Source: Marsupella aquatica
Lineage: Eukaryota; Plantae; Marchantiophyta
Length of the DNA: 64,000 nucleotides
Direction of reading: 5' to 3'
Assembly (NCBI GenBank): GCA_973895155.1
Contig: OZ316895.1
Coordinates: forward strand, 14,070,225-14,134,224
Shown here: one piece after another, positions 61,116 through 64,000 of the stretch
How the letters are laid out: each line of letters begins with the position of its first letter
How positions within the stretch are numbered: position 1 is the stretch's first letter
Translations under genes and position numbers: made by a program
Notes under the pieces: model-generated
The model's input: the letters and a program-made list of their open reading frames with translations, nothing else
Told to the model about the DNA's origin: nothing
The model's database searches: none

Positions 61116-64000
61116 TCAAGACTTCTGTCGAGGCTTTTGCAAGTGCAATTGATCCTGGAATAAGAACAGAAGCCTTCTACATATTAGACATCTACCATTG
61201 ACTAAACAATCCAAAATGATCTCATCGTGAATCCTACATCAAAGAAGGCAGGACATTGATCGAAGACCACCACAAAAAACTCCAGTGAAGAAGCAGCGGT
61301 TTACTGAGAAGCTGTCTAGCAGTCTGCGGAGTAGTAGGAAAACACATGTTGAAACAATGCCAAGCCAGAATGAAAGCCCTGCCCAGAAATACATAGTAGC
61401 AACAGTAATTAGGGGGCGAGCCTGGGGGAGGAACTTACCTCACTCACAAACATAGCATGGAAGCCATACGGGATTCTAGCCGGCAGTTCAATAATTGCAA
61501 CAGGATCAGGTGACATTGTCTTTGCATCGATTACAATCAGCTTAGATATCCTGTCATATGATCAGACCGTACATCATATTGTGATTCCTAATCGACGATG
61601 GACCCACGCAAGAATCATTTGGTGAATTGAAAATCAAGCATGGTCTCGATACATTGAGAAAAGAGAGCCCAATTCAAGCTAGGAATCATTCAAGGTAGAG
61701 ATGGAGGTGCTTTCATACAATCTGTAGAAATTCACAAATCTGAATCATGAAAACTCACCATGCAATTTCGTCAAATAGATAACATAGTAGATATCCGTCA
61801 TCTTCATCTACCTCCCTTCCCGGATTCTTGGGAACATAGACATGCTCCGATCCATAGCGCATATGTCCAAACCAGAAGACACCTGCCACATTCCCTCCAA
61901 CCTCCAACTTGTCCTTACTGAGCTCAGGCTCTAATGTCAAGTCATATTTGGCGATTCCAATGTGGTGGGTTGCGTCTTCAAATATTGCTGTGTATATATA
62001 CCTGTTCTTCCTGGAGAGGATCGAAAAGGCGCATGATAATTGTCAGACGTTTCTAAACTACACATTTACCTTAGATTTGAAGAATGAGGAACCTTCATTG
62101 TGCAAATATGAGGGCCAGGGATAATTACATTTGAAGAAGACCACATACTACATGTTTCACGGACTTGAAATCATATATGCAATTCTCTGTACTAATGAGG
62201 AGATCAGTAGGAAGCGCTTTGCGCTTTCTCTTCTCTCAGCAGCCTTGCCAATGTCAAGAGTATCTAGAAGGGCTCCTATGCATATTGATCGACTTACCGG
62301 CCTAGGTAATCTTCATTGATCCTAGGAAAGTCACTAGCAAATTCTCCAAGCTTTCTCTCTGTAGCTTCTCCAGTTCTCAGGTTGAGGCGATACTCCCATC
62401 TGCGAAACATGGTGGTCATGATCTAGTCAAATCACCACTTCAGCAGCACCTGCTTACAGAAAATTACATCTATGCACACATCATGGTAACTTCAATTGAA
62501 TGATGCAGAAAGTTAGGGCGACAGTACTTTAACTGGTAGAAAATTATATAATTATCATGATAGAATAAGAAGTTATACTATGTGAAGCAGGGTCTTTCTG
62601 CAACGAGCTTCTTATCCTTCTAGGATACTTTCGTATAATTGTACTTGGTGAATTCATGTTGCTTGTGAACTAGGCTTTACAACAAGCACAATAAAAATTC
62701 CGAGTACTAGGAATCTTGACATGACTCCAAATTGTATGGCGTATGTCAATAGGCCCCTTTCCTATTCAATTTATTCACGTCCTTGTACACTGTTAGCTAG
62801 TAACCTATATGATTGACCAAATAGTATTGAGTTAACAAAAACCCGCCACCCATGTCGGTAGACTTAGGAAACAAGGATAGCTTGTCTTACAGATTGTGAA
62901 CAACTCCTTCCAATTTTTCTTTTCCATATACAGAAAGAGCTCCCATATTGATCGAGGGGCTTCGGCATGCAATAACTACCACTTCATCTCCATCCTCCCA
63001 TGCATTTGCTGCCAGACAATCACAGGGCGTACTGTTAGGAGTACGATAACACCCTGTCCAGAGGGTGTACTGGCTTATATTTGCTCCAGGGCGCCAGTCC
63101 AAGGGTGATTCTAAGTCAGAATACCTCCTCTGACTCGGTGTTAACGAACGTACTCAAACCGCTTACTGAGGACATTTTTGAAAACAATTACTTAGTCAGC
63201 GACAGTTTAACCTTCCCGTCTCACCAGGAGCCCTGGTAAAACATCCGCAAGCTTGACCTTTGTGGTATGAAATGTTCGTTACACATGCCTCTATGATTCT
63301 GAAGTATAATGTATCCAGCAAATAAAGAGAAAATGTCCGAATTGGTTTTAGAATAACAACACTTCTCTTGAGAATTCCTTTTGCCCATACCATCCACCAT
63401 GCATTTAGGATACAACTTAAAGTTTTGTGTCACTGAATCAGCTGATTTTGCAAGACATTCTATTCGAAGTGGTGCTATGGAAATTAAGAATGAATTCAAG
63501 GGGAGCGTATGATATCAATTTTCCCGGCAACTCACTCACCGGTGTGGAGAATCATACATGTAGAAACGTCAAACCAGCGAAGCTGAGATTCGTGCTTGGC
63601 ATATCTTGGTAGGATTCCAAAACTTGCTGGTTTAGTTGGATCAAATAAAAATGGGTCTTGATTCTTCTGAACCATTTCCTATTAAATGTCAGGAACAGAG
63701 CTGAGAATTAGCCAGTCAGAAAATGTCACACTAGTATGTACTCGTTGCAAATTCGAATGACTGCATGCAAGATGTCAGATCATTGATCAGTAAGTCATCA
63801 CAGAATTCCATATCCAAAAGAGTCTTGGCTGAGGTTTCTCACCGAGGGACTGAAGTAAAGAGGACAATCGATGAAGATGGCATAGTTCTCAGTTATGACA
63901 AAGTCATGCATCATAATTGGCCCCGAGGGTATGATAGGAATACCATTTCCAATCACTCCATCTTTTGAGATGACACGGTATGTGACGTATGGATGAGCAT
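61116..64000 (-). CDS. CCD1: Carotenoid cleavage dioxygenase, CCD1-like, 3' part (5' end lies beyond the window)
   Basis: Exons 64000-63843 ([27 protein letters not shown]), 63678-63540 ([18 protein letters not shown]), 63008-62891 ([11 protein letters not shown]), 62399-62298 ([12 protein letters not shown]), 62010-61759 (GSEH.YVP..EDDGYL), 61550-61439 ([17 protein letters not shown]) and 61154-61116. Three Fe-ligand His residues are visible. Confidence 0.95.

Overview
Eukaryotic nuclear DNA from a land plant, with GT-AG introns, long microsatellite-rich 5' leaders and TE-littered intergenic DNA. A bryophyte such as a liverwort is plausible, but that is inference from style only. Most ORFs in the six-frame track are exon fragments or spurious. 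Hand splicing gives four multi-exon genes: a 12-exon P-type PPR gene (17628-24051 +), 13-exon WDR12/YTM1 (30175-34242 +), a 28-exon ABCC/MRP transporter (39582-52345 +) and the 3' part of a CCD1-type carotenoid cleavage dioxygenase (61116-64000 -). There are also two single-exon small membrane-protein ORFs (10102-10623 + and 57144-57413 -, the latter ending in a CaaX box). Mobile DNA comprises a decayed PIF/Harbinger element interrupted by a MITE with an 8-bp TSD, a Mutator-like MITE, a copia-type solo LTR with a 5-bp TSD and four copies of a tRNA-derived SINE with a GT-rich core. Best leads are the CaaX membrane microprotein with a triplicated start/leader module, a pre-miRNA-like hairpin at 12019-12098, the SINE family, and a site II/telo-box tandem array feeding the WDR12 promoter. 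I found no multi-gene novel system. Coordinates were read by hand and repeat boundaries are approximate.
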